The notes under the pieces are model-generated. The model was not told the origin of the DNA and searched no databases. It saw only the letters and a list, made by a program, of their open reading frames with translations. A program made the translations under genes and the position numbers. From Escherichia phage KIT01: DNA of 64,000 bases. Positions 62,367 through 64,000 of this stretch are shown piece by piece. The stretch lies in sequence record AP019521.1, one strand, 5' to 3'. Within the stretch, counting starts at the first letter, position 1, and each line of letters opens with the position of its first letter.

Positions 62367-62422
62367 TTTCGTTTTTACGACCATAAATATATAAAAGGCT
62401 ATAACTCCCAAAGGAAACTCAA

Positions 62423-63070
62423 ATGGCAGATTTAAAATTAGGTTCTACAGCAGGAGGTTCGGTATTATGGCACCAAGGTAATTTTCCCTTAACGCCTGTA
62501 TCAAATGACCTTCTTTACAAAACATATAAAGTTTACACCGAATATAATAAACCACAAGCCACTGATAACGACTTTGTTTCAAAAGCAAATGGTGGTAATT
62601 ATAAGAATAACGTGTATTTTGAAAAAGGCCTGACCTTTAATGATACTAATGGATATGGTATTAAATTAGGAGCAAGAACTGGCGGAGCACCGTTCACGGC
62701 TTCTTTCCGTATTAAAGGCGCTTTTGGATATGAAACGGAAGACGGTACTCCGTTCATGATATTCAACCCAAGTACAGTAGTAGGTGCTAAACGCCTTACA
62801 GTAATGGGTGATTCATTATTCCGTCAAGTTTATGACGAATCAGGTCGTGTATTCAGTCCAGGCAACACCCCTACTAAAGCTCAAGTAGGATTATCGTTAG
62901 TAGATAACGCAAAACAGGTCCAAATAAATAATACTAACATGCAAACAATGACCGGAGTACTTGCTGCTCCTAACTTTATTTCGCTGAATCCGGCCTCTGA
63001 CGCAGGACACGTTCCTCGTTTTGACCAGATTGTTATTAAAGATTCTATCCAAGATTTTGGTTATTATTAA
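62423..63070 (+). CDS. 36: Long tail fiber distal connector gp36
   Basis: 215-aa ORF in the gp36 slot. Confidence 0.75.
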   Translation: MADLKLGSTAGGSVLWHQGNFPLTPVSNDLLYKTYKVYTEYNKPQATDNDFVSKANGGNYKNNVYFEKGLTFNDTNGYGIKLGARTGGAPFTASFRIKGAFGYETEDGTPFMIFNPSTVVGAKRLTVMGDSLFRQVYDESGRVFSPGNTPTKAQVGLSLVDNAKQVQINNTNMQTMTGVLAAPNFISLNPASDAGHVPRFDQIVIKDSIQDFGYY

Positions 63071-63078
63071 GAGGCATT

Positions 63079-64000
63079 ATGGCTACTTTAAAGCAAATCC
63101 AATTTAAAAGAAGTAAAGTAGCCGGTGTACGTCCAGCACCGGCCCAGTTGGCTGAAGGCGAACTGGCTATTAACTTAAAGGACCGTTTACTTTTTACTAA
63201 AGACGACTCTGGCGCTATCATCGACCTTGGCTTTGCTAAGGGTGGAAATATCGATGGTAATGTTATTCATAAAGGCAATTACAACCAAACCGGCGATTAT
63301 ACACTTAATGGTGTATTTACTCAAATTGGTGATTTCAATCTCAATGGTATTGCTCGTGTAACTCGTGACATCATTGCGGCAGGGCAGATAATGACCCACG
63401 GCGGTGAACTTATTTCTAAGAGCGCCTCAACTTCTCACCTTCGTTTCTTTGATGGTGATGATCGTGAACGTGGTATTATCTTTTCTCCAAATAATGCGGG
63501 TCTTACCAATCAAGTAGTTAATATTCGCGTCCAAGATTACGCTGCAGGAAGTGAAAGCACCTACGCGTTTTCAGGCAATGGTGTATTTTCTTCACCAGAA
63601 GTTTTTGGGTGGAAATCTGTATCAACTCCGGTAATTTATACCAATAAAGTTATTACCAACGGTAAAGTTGCAGGAGATTATGATATCTATTCATTGGCCG
63701 ATAATACCCCATTGGCAGAAAGTGAAACAGCTATTAACCATCTCCGTGTTATGCGAAATGCAGTTAGTTCGAGCATTTTCCATGAAGTTAAAGATAATGA
63801 CGGGATAACCTGGTATGCTGGAGATGGATTAGACGCTTATCTTTGGTCGTTTACCTGGTCTGGCGGATTGAAAGCCGGTCATTCTATTTCTGTAGGCACC
63901 CCAGGCAACTCTAAAGGATATTCTGAATTAGGGACGGCTTCAATTGCTCTTGGCGATAATGATACCGGGTTAAAATGGCATCAGGATGGATATTATTTCA
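63079..64000 (+). CDS. 37: Long tail fiber distal subunit gp37, 3'-truncated at window edge
   Basis: ORF starting MATLKQIQFKRSKVAGVRPAPAQLAEGELAINLKD... (typical gp37/gp12 N-terminus) runs open to the window end. Confidence 0.8.
   Translation, partial: MATLKQIQFKRSKVAGVRPAPAQLAEGELAINLKDRLLFTKDDSGAIIDLGFAKGGNIDGNVIHKGNYNQTGDYTLNGVFTQIGDFNLNGIARVTRDIIAAGQIMTHGGELISKSASTSHLRFFDGDDRERGIIFSPNNAGLTNQVVNIRVQDYAAGSESTYAFSGNGVFSSPEVFGWKSVSTPVIYTNKVITNGKVAGDYDIYSLADNTPLAESETAINHLRVMRNAVSSSIFHEVKDNDGITWYAGDGLDAYLWSFTWSGGLKAGHSISVGTPGNSKGYSELGTASIALGDNDTGLKWHQDGYYF

Overview
This window is a contiguous 64-kb segment of a T4-like (T-even type) myovirus genome: AT-rich, densely packed, with many abutting or overlapping genes. 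Assignments rest on reading the translated ORFs against remembered T4 proteins and T4 gene order; no database search was run, and manually placed motif coordinates may be off by a base or two. Layout: (1) 1-11.1 kb, + strand late structural block: terminase large subunit C-terminus, tail sheath gp18, tail tube gp19, portal gp20, prohead core gp67/gp68, prohead protease gp21, scaffold gp22, major capsid gp23, vertex gp24, each preceded by a TATAAATA late-promoter box. (2) 11.1-19.3 kb: rnlB, a small basic ORF, then a + strand two-gene cassette (collagen-like repeat protein plus a second Hoc-like protein) beside canonical hoc, followed by inh, uvsW, uvsW.1, uvsY. (3) 19.3-27.2 kb: a putative GIY-YIG-like homing endonuclease between uvsY and gene 25, then baseplate genes 25, 26, 51, 27, 28, 29, 48, 54. 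(4) 27.2-57.1 kb, long minus-strand early/middle block: three tandem Alt-type ADP-ribosyltransferase paralogs, DNA ligase gp30, 30.x ORFs, rIII, gp31, dCMP deaminase, cd.x ORFs, PseT, spanin pair, Alc, RnlA, EndoII (denA), NrdB, NrdA, Td, Frd, frd.x ORFs, gp32, gp59, gp33, DsbA, RNase H. (5) 57.2-64 kb: long tail fiber genes 34, 35, 36 and the 5' part of 37. The best candidates for something undescribed are the collagen-like/Hoc-like cassette at 12.5-14.9 kb, which may be an extra capsid-displayed fibre, and the three-copy diversified alt array at 27.6-33.8 kb. No tRNA, rRNA, CRISPR array or group I intron was recognised; td and nrdB are uninterrupted.
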